From the NCBI GenBank assembly GCA_030647265.1, contig JAUSJM010000034.1, positions 1-58,016 of the forward strand: DNA of 58,016 bases, given 5' to 3'. This DNA is from a bacterium. Its GTDB lineage: Bacteria; Patescibacteriota; Microgenomatia; Daviesbacterales; UBA10151. The position numbers and the translations under genes were made by a program. Numbering within the stretch: position 1 is the stretch's first letter; the number at the start of each line of letters is the position of its first letter. A model generated the notes under the pieces. It made no database searches, was not told where the DNA came from, and saw nothing but the letters and a program-made list of their open reading frames with translations. Of this stretch, positions 19,445 through 29,996 are shown piece by piece.

Positions 19445-19655
19445 ATTAAAAAGAAGTCTTATAATCTTTTTGGGTTTTCCCCTCAAACTTGATAGTAATG
19501 TAAGGACCGTTTTGAGAGGCCCTGATGATGAGTATCTCCTTGATAAAATGAGGCAAAAAAGAGTTTACCACCTTCAGTCAACAAGGTCCAGTTCATGGTG
19601 TAGAATCCTATGGTGTAAAACGTAGGTTTTTATCTAACCTCGGGGGTTAGATATA

Positions 19656-20936
19656 CTAGATTGCCAGATCTAAGATTGAGGCAGCGGACCAGGCTTGGGT
19701 GTGGCAGCTGACCTGGCCGGAGGGAGAGCAATATTCGCTATATCCTGAATCAGTTTTATTGTAGAGCTCAATGGAACAGCCAAAATGACGGATGGGTAAA
19801 AGGGAAGCCTCTTTTAACTTTTTGGCTTCTTTCTTAAAGCCAAAGTTTTCTAAGCCTTCCACAACTAAACCGTTGAGCACGGGCCAAAAGCTGCCGTTAT
19901 GGTAAGAGTCGGGGTTAGGATTAAAGGTGGGAGAAAAGGAACTCATGGTACGGATTCCTGCTCCCTCAACAAATAAATCCGGCAAAAAACCCCGGGTGAC
20001 AAAATCTGCCAGGATTTTTTCCTCAATAATGGAAACGGTTTTTCCAAGGTCCCGGTCTGATGCCCAAAGGCATAGTAAGGGGTTAGCAGTAATAGTGGGA
20101 ATTTGTTGCTTTTGGCCGTCCAAAGCCTGGGCTGCAAAATAAAACCCTTGGTCTTGAAGAAGAAACTTCTTATTAAAGGTCTGCTTCATACCTTCCGCAA
20201 AGGAAGCCAGCTTTTGGGCAAACCGGGGTGATTGGTTTTGGTAAAATTTGGCCCACAAGGTTAAAGACATCCAAGCAAAGGCTTGTACCTCTACCGGAGC
20301 AATGGGATATTGAGGCAGTAGTCCTTGAGGGGTGAGGATAGATTGGTGAGAATCAGTCCAGGATTGGACACTTAACCCTCCAAATTGCCTGGTAGGGGGA
20401 AAATCATATTCCAATAAAAAGTCTTTATCCGGGTCGCCAAAGCTTATAATCCAGTTAAGACCTGCTTCTACCGAAGGTAAAACATTAATTAAAAACTCGT
20501 TGTCAGAAATTGCTTGCCAATATCTATAGAGAGCGATAAGGGATAAAGGGGTGGAGTCCAGGGAGTCGTAGTTTCTCATTGTCCCGTCAGGATAAATAAA
20601 CCACGGTTTTTGAAGGGGGTTTTGGGGGGCTGTTAAATGGGAATGGTTATCTTTTCGAAACTCGTGGATAAACTTCCCCGGTTGTTCCCCACTTTCCAGG
20701 TTAAATTCTTTCCCTTGGAGTAATATTAGGTTAAGCAGAGCTTTATGACAGGTCTCAAGGAGATATGGGAGAGGTTTGCGGGAATGGGCTCGGAGGATCT
20801 TTAAGATGGTAATAGCGCTATCTCTCCCAAAAACGCAACCAAAAGCCTCTTCCCGAGCAGAAGCATAAATGCCTTCCTCTGTAGAAAGATTAAGGATTGA
20901 TTGATAGGCTAACTGATACAGATCGTCAGTATTCAT
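19656..20936 (-). CDS. Amylo-alpha-1,6-glucosidase / glycogen-debranching-like glycoside hydrolase
   Basis: FGRDS, EQPGKFIHE, YHNGSFWP, QAWSA. Confidence 0.8.
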   Translation of the reverse strand: MNTDDLYQLAYQSILNLSTEEGIYASAREEAFGCVFGRDSAITILKILRAHSRKPLPYLLETCHKALLNLILLQGKEFNLESGEQPGKFIHEFRKDNHSHLTAPQNPLQKPWFIYPDGTMRNYDSLDSTPLSLIALYRYWQAISDNEFLINVLPSVEAGLNWIISFGDPDKDFLLEYDFPPTRQFGGLSVQSWTDSHQSILTPQGLLPQYPIAPVEVQAFAWMSLTLWAKFYQNQSPRFAQKLASFAEGMKQTFNKKFLLQDQGFYFAAQALDGQKQQIPTITANPLLCLWASDRDLGKTVSIIEEKILADFVTRGFLPDLFVEGAGIRTMSSFSPTFNPNPDSYHNGSFWPVLNGLVVEGLENFGFKKEAKKLKEASLLPIRHFGCSIELYNKTDSGYSEYCSPSGQVSCHTQAWSAASILDLAI

Positions 20937-20962
20937 GGGCAGAATCTAACCTTTTTAAAATG

Positions 20963-20987
20963 CCTACTTCGCTAGCGAAGCGAGTAA
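20963..20987. repeat. Short palindrome related to the rplQ element
   Basis: CTTCGC-TA-GCGAAG followed by CGAG. Confidence 0.45.
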
Positions 20988-21054
20988 ACAACCACGAAGT
21001 TTAGCAGAAAGAAAGGATATTACAAGGGGTAAAAAAGAGGTCGGTAAGATTATA

Positions 21055-22152
21055 TTAAGAGTGAGAGGAAGTATAAACTGAGGATGTAAGATGGGAAAGT
21101 CCATTATTGTGTGGAAGTTTGACCCGACGCATATGAAGAAGTTTTCTGTAAACCTCCTCATAGCCATCAGCCATTCTTTGAGCAGAAAAGTTTTTTAGGG
21201 CGTGCTGACGACAAACTTGACGATCTATTTGGTGAATTTTTTCCACTGCCTCAATTATTCCTTCCACATCATCAACCACAAAGCCGGTTTTCCCATCAGC
21301 TACAACTTCCGGGACAGAGCCTTTGTTTATCGCTACTACCGGACAACCGCAAGTCATAGCTTCTATCATAGTAAGACCAAAAGGCTCTTTCCAAGTAATG
21401 GGGTGAAGTAGACACAAAGCTTTACTCATTAGTTTGTTTCTTTCTTTCTCATTGACTTCTCCGACCCAGCGGATTTGTTCGGAAAGCTGAGGACCAACAT
21501 ATTCCTGAAAGTATTGCATATCAACGCTTTCCAGTTTGGCAGCCATAATTAAGGGTAAATTTAAATTTTGAGCCACTTCGATAGCCAAATGAGTTCCCTT
21601 TTCCATGGAAATCCTTCCCACAAACAAAAGATAGCCTTCATTCTCATCTGAAAAAGGATAATGATCCATCTTCAGACCGTTATAAACGTTACCGATGTAG
21701 TTAAGGTGAGGTGCGGACTCCGCTTGAGCGTGGGAGATGCTGACCAAAGGTACGTTTTTTAAGGCTTCAAAAATACGCCTATTCTCCGGGTTAAAGGCTC
21801 CATGAAGAGTCATCACTGTGGGAGTAGTAGCGATGTTAGTGGTAGGGAGGCTGAGGTGTCCTACATGATCATGAATAATATCAAATTCATCTTGCCTTGA
21901 ATAAGTCAGACCAATATTTAACATGGTAAAAACATTGGCTCCGTAGATATCTTTAAGCTTGGCTTCTCGTAAAGCTTTAGGATAGACTGAGACCAACTGA
22001 GCCGAGGTTTGAGAATCTCCGCTGGCAAAAAGGGTGACCTCATGCCCTCTTTTCACTAACTCCTCTGTTAAGTTCCAAACCACCCTTTCTGTACCCCCAT
22101 ACTTTTTAGGAGGGACGGACTCGATGATGGGAGCAAGTTGGGCGATTTTCAT
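21055..22152 (-). CDS. Glycosyltransferase family 4
   Basis: PPKKYGGTERVV, EPFGLTMIEAM. Confidence 0.93.
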   Translation of the reverse strand: MKIAQLAPIIESVPPKKYGGTERVVWNLTEELVKRGHEVTLFASGDSQTSAQLVSVYPKALREAKLKDIYGANVFTMLNIGLTYSRQDEFDIIHDHVGHLSLPTTNIATTPTVMTLHGAFNPENRRIFEALKNVPLVSISHAQAESAPHLNYIGNVYNGLKMDHYPFSDENEGYLLFVGRISMEKGTHLAIEVAQNLNLPLIMAAKLESVDMQYFQEYVGPQLSEQIRWVGEVNEKERNKLMSKALCLLHPITWKEPFGLTMIEAMTCGCPVVAINKGSVPEVVADGKTGFVVDDVEGIIEAVEKIHQIDRQVCRQHALKNFSAQRMADGYEEVYRKLLHMRRVKLPHNNGLSHLTSSVYTSSHS

Positions 22153-22240
22153 CTTGTGTCTTCAAGGAGGAGACTTGAAAATGATAGCTTACAAAGTTGT
22201 GAGTTTGGCCAAAAAAAAGCAAGAAATAAGCAAGAGTTTT

Positions 22241-22843
22241 TTAAACCAGGCTCAGCTGTTCCGCTTTGGGTTGGGAAGCTTTGTCCAATATTTGGGGAAT
22301 GACTTTAAAATCTTCCTTTAGCTGGGTCATGATAGCTGAAGCTCTGAGGGCTGCTGCAGGATGGTACATGGGGATAACGGTAACCTCTTTCCCTTTCCAG
22401 TAAGCAGTTTTGATCTTCCCGTGGACTTGGGAGATTTTGACTCCCGGTAAAAATTTACCCATGGAAAATCTTCCCAGGGTCACAATAACTTTGGGGTTAA
22501 TGATAGTGATCTCTTTATCTACATAGGGGGCAAAAGCAGCGATCTCTTGTGGCTCGGGGTCGCGGTTTTCCGGAGGCCGGAAACGGACAACGTTGGAAAT
22601 ATAAACATCTTCCCTTATAAAGCCGATGCTTTGGATAAGTTCATCTAAAAGTTTTCCGGCTTGCCCTACAAAGGGCCTGCCTTTTTGGTCTTCCCAATAG
22701 CCCGGGGCTTCTCCCAGAAAATAGATGGGAGCATCAGAGTTGCCTTCCCCAAACACCAACTGGATAGCACCTTCTCTTAAGGGAAGGCTTTTATCCTCTT
22801 CCATTTGTTTTTTTAACTCTAGAAGCTGTGTCTTTTTATCCAT
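22241..22843 (-). CDS. Uracil-DNA glycosylase family 4
   Basis: GEAPG, PFVGQAG, RPPENRDP, YHPAA. Confidence 0.93.
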   Translation of the reverse strand: MDKKTQLLELKKQMEEDKSLPLREGAIQLVFGEGNSDAPIYFLGEAPGYWEDQKGRPFVGQAGKLLDELIQSIGFIREDVYISNVVRFRPPENRDPEPQEIAAFAPYVDKEITIINPKVIVTLGRFSMGKFLPGVKISQVHGKIKTAYWKGKEVTVIPMYHPAAALRASAIMTQLKEDFKVIPQILDKASQPKAEQLSLV

Positions 22844-22907
22844 GAAGTTATTCTAACATATGATTTAGATTACAGTTTCTCAAAGAGGGACTGGATATAA
22901 TAAGTTC

Positions 22908-23108
22908 ATGGCAGAATATGAAGAAAGGAGTGGGAGCTATGGAAAAAGGCCTCTCTGGCAGTGGATTTTAATTTATGTTGTCATAGCCATCATCGTTTAT
23001 GGTCTGATCTATTACTTCTTCTTGGGCAAAAGAGGTAGTTCTACTTCCGCTCCTCAAACTCCCACTACTCAATCTCCAAGTGGTGGTTCTGGTGGGTTGG
23101 GATACTAA
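22908..23108 (+). CDS. Small single-pass membrane protein
   Basis: One hydrophobic helix, S/G-rich tail, TATAAT 6 nt upstream. Confidence 0.7.
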   Translation: MAEYEERSGSYGKRPLWQWILIYVVIAIIVYGLIYYFFLGKRGSSTSAPQTPTTQSPSGGSGGLGY

Positions 23109-23119
23109 TCCAGGGTGGT

Positions 23120-23680
23120 TTAAGAAAGTTTAAAGGCACCTTTTCTTAAGAGGATAACTTCATGGTTTTGGATTTTAATGAGGGTTGAGGGTTGGCCAGT
23201 TAACTTCTCTCCATCTAAGTAAAAATCAACACTATCACTAAAATAATTTTTAGCTTCCTCTAAAGTTCTGGCTGGAGGCTCTCCTTTTGGATTGGCTGAA
23301 GGAGCAACCAAAGGGCCTATTTGTTGTAAAAGCTCTAAAAGTTTTTGATCCTTAGGTAATCTAAAAGCCAAACTATTGGTGCCTCGATGAAGATAGGTAA
23401 ACTTTTCACCCGAGCAGGGGAGAATCACACTAACAGGATTGGGCCAGATCTTTTTAAGAAATTTTTGAGTTTTTTCATCAAGCTGGATTTTAAATAACTT
23501 TAAATCATCCAAGGAAGAGATGAGGATAATAAAAGATTTGTTTTCAGATCTGTCTTTAAGTTGATTGATTCTTTCTACAGTTTCTTTATTTAAAGCACTG
23601 CCTACTAATCCATAAAGAGTATCAGTGGGTATTACTCCCACCTTCCCACCTTTCAAAAGATGGATAATATCCTGCTTCAT
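23120..23680 (-). CDS. tsaC: L-threonylcarbamoyladenylate synthase (YrdC/Sua5 family)
   Basis: PTDTLYGL, KDR, APSANP, PSTL. Confidence 0.92.
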   Translation of the reverse strand: MKQDIIHLLKGGKVGVIPTDTLYGLVGSALNKETVERINQLKDRSENKSFIILISSLDDLKLFKIQLDEKTQKFLKKIWPNPVSVILPCSGEKFTYLHRGTNSLAFRLPKDQKLLELLQQIGPLVAPSANPKGEPPARTLEEAKNYFSDSVDFYLDGEKLTGQPSTLIKIQNHEVILLRKGAFKLS

Positions 23681-23946
23681 AAGATATTAAATTCAGTATA
23701 ATTCCTTACCTTAGCTGGGGAAGTATCTACTTTGCTGACTTGAGAAAGGGGTGGTCCTTTTTGACACCACCTGAGAAATTCTTCCAAAGCTTCAGGGTTT
23801 CCTTCTGCTTCAATATGAACAGAACCATTAGGTAAATTTTTGACTAAACCCTTAATGCTCAACTTATCAGCCTGATCTTTAGCTGAGCCTCTGAACCACA
23901 CTCCCTGAACCTGACCGGAAATAGTAATATTTAGGTGTTTAACCAT
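23677..23946 (-). CDS. acyP: Acylphosphatase
   Basis: GQVQGVWFR, GLVKNLPNGSV, GPP. Confidence 0.93.
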   Translation of the reverse strand: MVKHLNITISGQVQGVWFRGSAKDQADKLSIKGLVKNLPNGSVHIEAEGNPEALEEFLRWCQKGPPLSQVSKVDTSPAKVRNYTEFNIL

Positions 23947-24827
23947 CGAGGCCACCCTATTTGTTTAAAAATTTTTCTAAAACGGAAGTGGTGCAGAAAC
24001 TCCTGGGAAAAAAGATAGAAAAAGCCAGCATAAAGGATTCCTGCTACTACATCAATGACATAGTGTTCTCCCAAATAAACAATGGAAAACCACACTGCTA
24101 AAACATAAGGCAGGAAAAATAGAGCTTTTCTTTTAAAGGTTTTCAGGGCAAAAAAGAAGATGAGGAGGGGGTAGGCAGCATGAAGCGAGGGAAGAGCAGC
24201 AATAGGGTTGGGATTAAGGTTTTGGTAAGCGGTAAGAATTTTAGAGCTGCTAAAAAGAACAGGTAGGGTAAAGTCCATAATTTTGCTCACTCCCACCAAA
24301 TATCCTTCTTTTACCGCTACCCAAGGTGGAGCAGTGGGAAAAAGGAGATAGGTAATCCAGGCGGCATAGGAAAGAAGAGACAGGGCTGTGACAAACTCCC
24401 GGAAAGAACGCTTGTTGTTTATCCACAGCAAAAATCCGAAGGCCAAAAAGAGAACAAAGTGCATAAAATAAACAAAGGTTGCCAGGAAATCATACCAGGA
24501 AAGGGATTCGGGGTGGTAAAGGTGTTGTTGTAAAAAGACAGTGGGGAGGGCGCCAAAAAGCAGCTGGTCTACACGGATTTGACTATAGCTGATCTGGGAA
24601 GTCAGATTAGGCACAAACCATCTTAAGAAATCGTAAGAGATGATGATAAAAAGAAAAGGGGCCCAGTCAAGGATAAAATTGCGGGTTTTTTTAACCAGCA
24701 ACCCTCCAAATAAAATGACAAAAAAGTACCGGCCGGGAGAGATAGCTACTCCCTGACCAACTAAAAGGAGGGTGGTCACAATCATGTAAATGATAAACAG
24801 GGAGAAGATAAAAAAACGGTGTTTCAA
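23931..24827 (-). CDS. PAP2-superfamily membrane protein (Aur1/IPC-synthase-like)
   Basis: PTAPPW, ALPSLH, YLGEHYVIDV; multiple TM helices. Confidence 0.85.
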   Translation of the reverse strand: MKHRFFIFSLFIIYMIVTTLLLVGQGVAISPGRYFFVILFGGLLVKKTRNFILDWAPFLFIIISYDFLRWFVPNLTSQISYSQIRVDQLLFGALPTVFLQQHLYHPESLSWYDFLATFVYFMHFVLFLAFGFLLWINNKRSFREFVTALSLLSYAAWITYLLFPTAPPWVAVKEGYLVGVSKIMDFTLPVLFSSSKILTAYQNLNPNPIAALPSLHAAYPLLIFFFALKTFKRKALFFLPYVLAVWFSIVYLGEHYVIDVVAGILYAGFFYLFSQEFLHHFRFRKIFKQIGWPRWLNT

Positions 24828-24870
24828 GCTGAAAATATCTTACCAGTTTTTGGCCACACGTTCAACGAGG

Positions 24871-27480
24871 TTAGGCTAGCTTCAGGTGTCTTTGATGGTT
24901 ATTGATTTCTTTGAGCAGATCAAAGAAAGCTAAAAAGAGGAATGTTATTGCTAAGCTGGTAATCCAAGCTGTCAGATGAAGAGGTTGGGTTTTAAAGATC
25001 AGATTCAAAGGAGAATAGATGATCAAGAAAGTGGCGAGAATGGAGATAATGGAGGCATATGCAAGATAGCGATTAATAAAAGGAGAGCGGGTGAGAACTT
25101 GATATCTAAAAGAGCGGAAGTTGAAAGCGTTACCAATCTCCAATAAAATTAGAGTGAGTAGTGCCACGGTTTGGGCTGTTTCGTGAGAGTAGTGAAAAAT
25201 ATTAAAAACTAAAAAGTAACTGGCTAGAGTCAAAAAGGCCATAATTATTCCGGTGAAGATGGTAGTTCTAAGAAGTAATGGATCAAGAATAGCTGATTTT
25301 TTACGTGGTTTTTGTAACATAATGTCTTTTGATGGCTTATTGAAAGCGTGCGTAATAGCCGGTAAGTCGTCCGTGACCAGATTCATAAAAAGGATTTGTA
25401 ATGCCAAAAGTATCGGGACTTTCCAGCCTAAAAGAGGGGCAAGAATGACTCCTAAAAAGAGGATGGTAAGTTCAGCGAAGTTACAGGATAGTTGATAGCT
25501 TACAAATTTTCTGATGTTGTTAAAGACGGTTCGACCCTCCTTGATAGCTTCGACAATAGTGATAAAATTGTCATCTTTTAGAGTTAGGTCGGCTACAGAC
25601 CTTGCAACATCGGTGCCGTTTTTACCCATAGCTATCCCGATTTGGGCCTCCTTTAATGCTGGAGCATCGTTGACCCCATCTCCGGTCATAGTTACTACCT
25701 CTCCCATCTCTTTTAAAACTTTAACAATACGCAGTTTGTGTTCCGGCCTAACTCGGGCAAAGATTGTTACAGAAGAAATGACTTTGGCCATCTCCTCGTC
25801 GGTTATCTTATCCAGATCACTTCCTTCTAAGATTTCTCCTTCTAGACCAATTTCGGAAGCTATAGCTAACGCTGTTTCCCGATGGTCGCCGGTGATCATT
25901 TTAACTTTTATTCCTGCTTGGTAGGCAACCTTGATTGCTTCTGCTACCCCTTCGCGGGGCGGGTCATCAATGCCAACCAGACCCAAAAATGTCAGATTCT
26001 CTTCCGAGTAGTTTCGTTGAGAGGTAGTATTGGTATAAGACAGAGCGAGAGTACGGAAGGAATCTTTTGTCATCTGGCTGTTAACTTTAAGGATTTTTTC
26101 TTTTTCTTCCTGGCTTAAATTGCATTTTGCGAGTATTACTTCCGGGGCCCCTTTAGCAAAGATAAATTCTTCTTTACCTAAACTGCCTAAAACTGACATC
26201 ATCTTTCTCTCAGAGCTAAAAGGAGTTTCTTCTTGGCGGACAAAATCTAAATCTTCACGGAAAATTCCCGCCTTTGCTGCTAGAATCAGCAAAGAACTTT
26301 CAGTGGGAGTGCCAAGAGTGTGATACTCTTCATCTTCGCCGGTTCTTTCGATATAAGCATCGTTACATGAAACTGCTGCTCTAAAAAGCATTTGCAGCCC
26401 TTTTTCCTGAGAGACATCTATTTTTTGGCCGTTACTTGAAAAATCTCCTTTTGCCTCATATCCTGCTCCATCTACATCAAAGAGAGTGTTGTCAGAGAAA
26501 ATTTTTTTAACAGTCATCTCACCTCGAGTTAGTGTTCCGGTTTTATCGGTACAAATAATAGTTGTTTCACCCAAAGTCTCAATAATGGACATTCTGTTGA
26601 CGATAGCGTTTTTAGAAGCCATACGACTTACTCCAATAGCTAAGGTAGTGGTTAACACTACCGGTAAGCCTTCCGGAAAAGCAGAAACTGTCAGAGCAAT
26701 AACTAGGATCAGAATAGGAGTCAAAGTTTCCCAAGAGATAGCTGTGGTTTGAAAAAGCATCAATACTCCGGTAAGCAGGGAGATGGCAATGGCAGCGATT
26801 ACCATATAGCGGGCGATAGCATTTACCTTCCGTTGTAAAGGCAGCTCTTTTTCAGTTTTGGAGATGAGGTTGACGATCTGTCCAAAACGGGTGTTCATTC
26901 CGGTGTGTAGAATTTGGGCTTGGCACTTTCCTGCTACCACATAGGTGCCCATATATATGAAGTTATCTTCTTTTGCTTCTTCCAAGTTTTTTGAAGCAGT
27001 TTTTCTAATCTCTTTAGACTCTCCGGTTAGAATAGACTCGTTAATCCTTAGATTTTTTTCTTGTAAGATAAGACAGTCGGCGGGGATATGTTCTCCGGTT
27101 CGTAAAATAAGGATGTCTCCGGGAACAAGATCCCGAGAGGGAACCTCCTTCTCTTTGCTATCACGGATAACGATAGAGGTGGGAGTGATCATTTTCTTTA
27201 AAGCTTGGATTGCTTTTTCCGCCCGGTATTCTTGAATAAAGGTGATCCCGATAACCATTAAAATCACCAGAGAAATGGTGTAAGCGGTTAATGTTTCTCC
27301 CACTAAAAAGGAGATAAGGATAGCAAAAGAAAGAAGATAGAGGATATAATTACCCCGAAGCTGTTTTATTATCAACTTCAAAGGGTTGGCAGTATTAGTT
27401 TCTTTAATTTCGTTATACCCCCACTGTTTTAATCTAGTTTGAATGTCTTTTGAGGGTAAACCCAAAACCTTTGTTTCCAT
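24871..27480 (-). CDS. Cation-transporting P-type ATPase (P2A-like)
   Basis: TGES, PEGLP, DKTGTLT, TGDGVND. Confidence 0.96.
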   Translation of the reverse strand: METKVLGLPSKDIQTRLKQWGYNEIKETNTANPLKLIIKQLRGNYILYLLSFAILISFLVGETLTAYTISLVILMVIGITFIQEYRAEKAIQALKKMITPTSIVIRDSKEKEVPSRDLVPGDILILRTGEHIPADCLILQEKNLRINESILTGESKEIRKTASKNLEEAKEDNFIYMGTYVVAGKCQAQILHTGMNTRFGQIVNLISKTEKELPLQRKVNAIARYMVIAAIAISLLTGVLMLFQTTAISWETLTPILILVIALTVSAFPEGLPVVLTTTLAIGVSRMASKNAIVNRMSIIETLGETTIICTDKTGTLTRGEMTVKKIFSDNTLFDVDGAGYEAKGDFSSNGQKIDVSQEKGLQMLFRAAVSCNDAYIERTGEDEEYHTLGTPTESSLLILAAKAGIFREDLDFVRQEETPFSSERKMMSVLGSLGKEEFIFAKGAPEVILAKCNLSQEEKEKILKVNSQMTKDSFRTLALSYTNTTSQRNYSEENLTFLGLVGIDDPPREGVAEAIKVAYQAGIKVKMITGDHRETALAIASEIGLEGEILEGSDLDKITDEEMAKVISSVTIFARVRPEHKLRIVKVLKEMGEVVTMTGDGVNDAPALKEAQIGIAMGKNGTDVARSVADLTLKDDNFITIVEAIKEGRTVFNNIRKFVSYQLSCNFAELTILFLGVILAPLLGWKVPILLALQILFMNLVTDDLPAITHAFNKPSKDIMLQKPRKKSAILDPLLLRTTIFTGIIMAFLTLASYFLVFNIFHYSHETAQTVALLTLILLEIGNAFNFRSFRYQVLTRSPFINRYLAYASIISILATFLIIYSPLNLIFKTQPLHLTAWITSLAITFLFLAFFDLLKEINNHQRHLKLA

Positions 27481-27584
27481 AATAGTTTTAAAGTTACCTT
27501 TAACTATAGCAGATCTAAGTTTCCTGAAGAAAAAACTTCATTCTCTAGATTTCGCCGGTAAGTTATTAATGTTAATATTAAATT

Positions 27585-29996
27585 ATGCCGCCTAATTTTA
27601 TCCGCCATTTTGAAGAGCTGGGAATGAAAGATGTTCCGGAGGCGGGAGGCAAAAATGCCTCCTTGGGAGAAATGATTCGTAACCTTGCTCCCCAAGGGGT
27701 GAAGATCCCCGGAGGGTATGTAGTCACCGCCTTTGCCTACCGCTATTTCCTGGCCCAAACTGGTTTAAAAGATTTTATTAAGCAGACTCTTGAAGGATTA
27801 AAAACTACCAACCTGGACGATTTAAAACTTCGGGCGGAGATTGTCCGGGAGAAGATTAAACACACCGAGTTTCCTGCTGAATTGAGAGAGGCTATTATTT
27901 TTGCCCATCAGGAAGCAGAGAAAAAGTATGGCCCCCATTCCGACTTTGCGGTGCGCTCTTCCGCTACTGCCGAAGATTTACCTGATGCCTCTTTTGCAGG
28001 AGAGCATGAAACATATCTTAATATCAGAGGGGTAGATGCTACTTTAAAAGCTATCAGAAGATGTATGGCCTCTCTTTTTACAGAGAGAGCTATCTCCTAC
28101 CGGGTAGATAAAGGTTTTGATCACTTTGAGATAGCTTTATCGGTAGGGGTAGAAAAGATGGTCCGCTCTGATTTAGGCTGTTCCGGGGTAATGTTTACTT
28201 TGGATACGGAGAGCGGTTTTCCGGGGGTGGTAGTCATTAACGGTTCCTGGGGTTTGGGGGAGTTGATTGTTCAAGGAGAGGTCACTCCGGATGAATTTTT
28301 GGTGTTTAAGGAATCTTTCGGCGGACATAATAAAAAGTGTTTTTATAAACCGATCATTGATAAAAAGTTGGGAGTAAAAAATCAGAAGATGGTTTATTCC
28401 GATAAAAGACCTACCAAGATTATTGCCACCACGGAAAAAGAACGCCAGAGTTTTATTTTAGATGATACGGAGGTAATGATGCTCTCTTTATGGGGGATGA
28501 AGATTGAGGAACACTACTCAAAAAAGATTGGCAGGTGGACACCAATGGATATCGAGTGGGCCAAAGACGGAAGAACAGGGGAGCTATTTATTGTTCAGGC
28601 CCGTCCGGAAACTGTCCACTCTACCCGTGATTTTTCCAAAATTTATGAGTATGTTCGCTTAGAGGATGGGAAGAGGTTGGTTTCAGGCATATCAGTGGGT
28701 ATTAAGATCGCTATCGGGAAAGCTAGGGTAATCTTAGATCCTTCCGGTATCAATAAATTTAAGAAAGGAGAAGTGCTAGTGACCAGGATGACTGATCCGG
28801 ATTGGGAACCGATTATGAAAATGGCCTCGGCTATTATTACTGATCAAGGAGGCAGAACTTCCCATGCGGCGATTGTTTCCCGGGAGCTGGGGATTCCCTG
28901 TGTGGTGGGTAGTATTGAAGGGACTACTAAGATTAAGACGGGAGAGATGGTAACAGTGGATACTTCAGGAAGTGAGGGTTTAGTTTTTGAAGGATTTTTG
29001 AAATTTAAATTAGTTGAACATGATGTTAAAAAACTTCCCCGTACTAAAACCAAGATTATGTTAAATATCGCTACTCCCGATACAGCTTTTGAAAAGTCGT
29101 TTATTCCTTCTGACGGAGTGGGACTGGCCCGGGAAGAGTTTATTATTGCTTCCAATATCGGTATTCATCCCCTGGCAATGGTAAATTTTTCAAAACTTCC
29201 CGAGCCGCTGCAAAAACAAATTAACCGCAAGACTTTAGGCTTTGAGGATAAGGTACAGTTTTATATTGATAAATTGGCCTTTGGTATTGCTAAAATAGCA
29301 GCGGCTTTTTATCCCAAAGAGGTGATTGTCCGTTTTTCAGATTTTAAAACTAACGAGTATCGTACATTACTGGGTGGAGAACTATATGAACCGAAAGAAG
29401 AAAATCCCATGATTGGTTTTAGAGGTGCTTCCCGTTATTATCACCCTGATTTTGCTCCCGCTTTTGCCCTGGAGGTAAAAGCGATTAAAAAAGTAAGGGA
29501 AGAGATGGGACTCACTAACCTTTTAGTAATGGTGCCTTTTTGTCGGACGGTGGAAGAAGGGAAAAAGGTGATAAAAGTTATGGAAGAACATGGTTTGGTA
29601 AGAGATCCTGAGACCAACTCAGGACTACGGGTTTATGTGATGTGTGAGATTCCCGCTAATGTCATTTTAGCTGATGAGTTTTTAGAGGTTTTTGATGGGA
29701 TGAGTATTGGCAGCAACGATCTCACCCAACTGGCTTTAGGCATTGACCGGGATGGAAATGAGAAGATAAAAGGTATCAGCAATGAAAATGATCAAGCTGT
29801 TAAAAAGTTAATTTCTGAAGTAATAAAAGTTTGTAAGTCTAAAGGAAAATATATCGGTATCTGTGGTCAAGCACCTTCCGATTATCCTGAATTTGCCCAA
29901 TTTTTAGTAACTTTAGGAATTGATAGCATATCTTTAAATCCTGACACTGCTATTAAAACGAGACTCCGAATTTACGAACAAGAGCAGAAGAGATGA
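27585..29996 (+). CDS. ppsA: Phosphoenolpyruvate synthase
   Basis: GGKNASLGEM, RSSATAEDLP, GGRTSHAAIVSRE, SIGSNDLTQ. Confidence 0.96.
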   Translation: MPPNFIRHFEELGMKDVPEAGGKNASLGEMIRNLAPQGVKIPGGYVVTAFAYRYFLAQTGLKDFIKQTLEGLKTTNLDDLKLRAEIVREKIKHTEFPAELREAIIFAHQEAEKKYGPHSDFAVRSSATAEDLPDASFAGEHETYLNIRGVDATLKAIRRCMASLFTERAISYRVDKGFDHFEIALSVGVEKMVRSDLGCSGVMFTLDTESGFPGVVVINGSWGLGELIVQGEVTPDEFLVFKESFGGHNKKCFYKPIIDKKLGVKNQKMVYSDKRPTKIIATTEKERQSFILDDTEVMMLSLWGMKIEEHYSKKIGRWTPMDIEWAKDGRTGELFIVQARPETVHSTRDFSKIYEYVRLEDGKRLVSGISVGIKIAIGKARVILDPSGINKFKKGEVLVTRMTDPDWEPIMKMASAIITDQGGRTSHAAIVSRELGIPCVVGSIEGTTKIKTGEMVTVDTSGSEGLVFEGFLKFKLVEHDVKKLPRTKTKIMLNIATPDTAFEKSFIPSDGVGLAREEFIIASNIGIHPLAMVNFSKLPEPLQKQINRKTLGFEDKVQFYIDKLAFGIAKIAAAFYPKEVIVRFSDFKTNEYRTLLGGELYEPKEENPMIGFRGASRYYHPDFAPAFALEVKAIKKVREEMGLTNLLVMVPFCRTVEEGKKVIKVMEEHGLVRDPETNSGLRVYVMCEIPANVILADEFLEVFDGMSIGSNDLTQLALGIDRDGNEKIKGISNENDQAVKKLISEVIKVCKSKGKYIGICGQAPSDYPEFAQFLVTLGIDSISLNPDTAIKTRLRIYEQEQKR

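Noticed and set aside
19522..19550. CTGATGA hammerhead-like box
   Set aside because: No stem II closed by GAAA.
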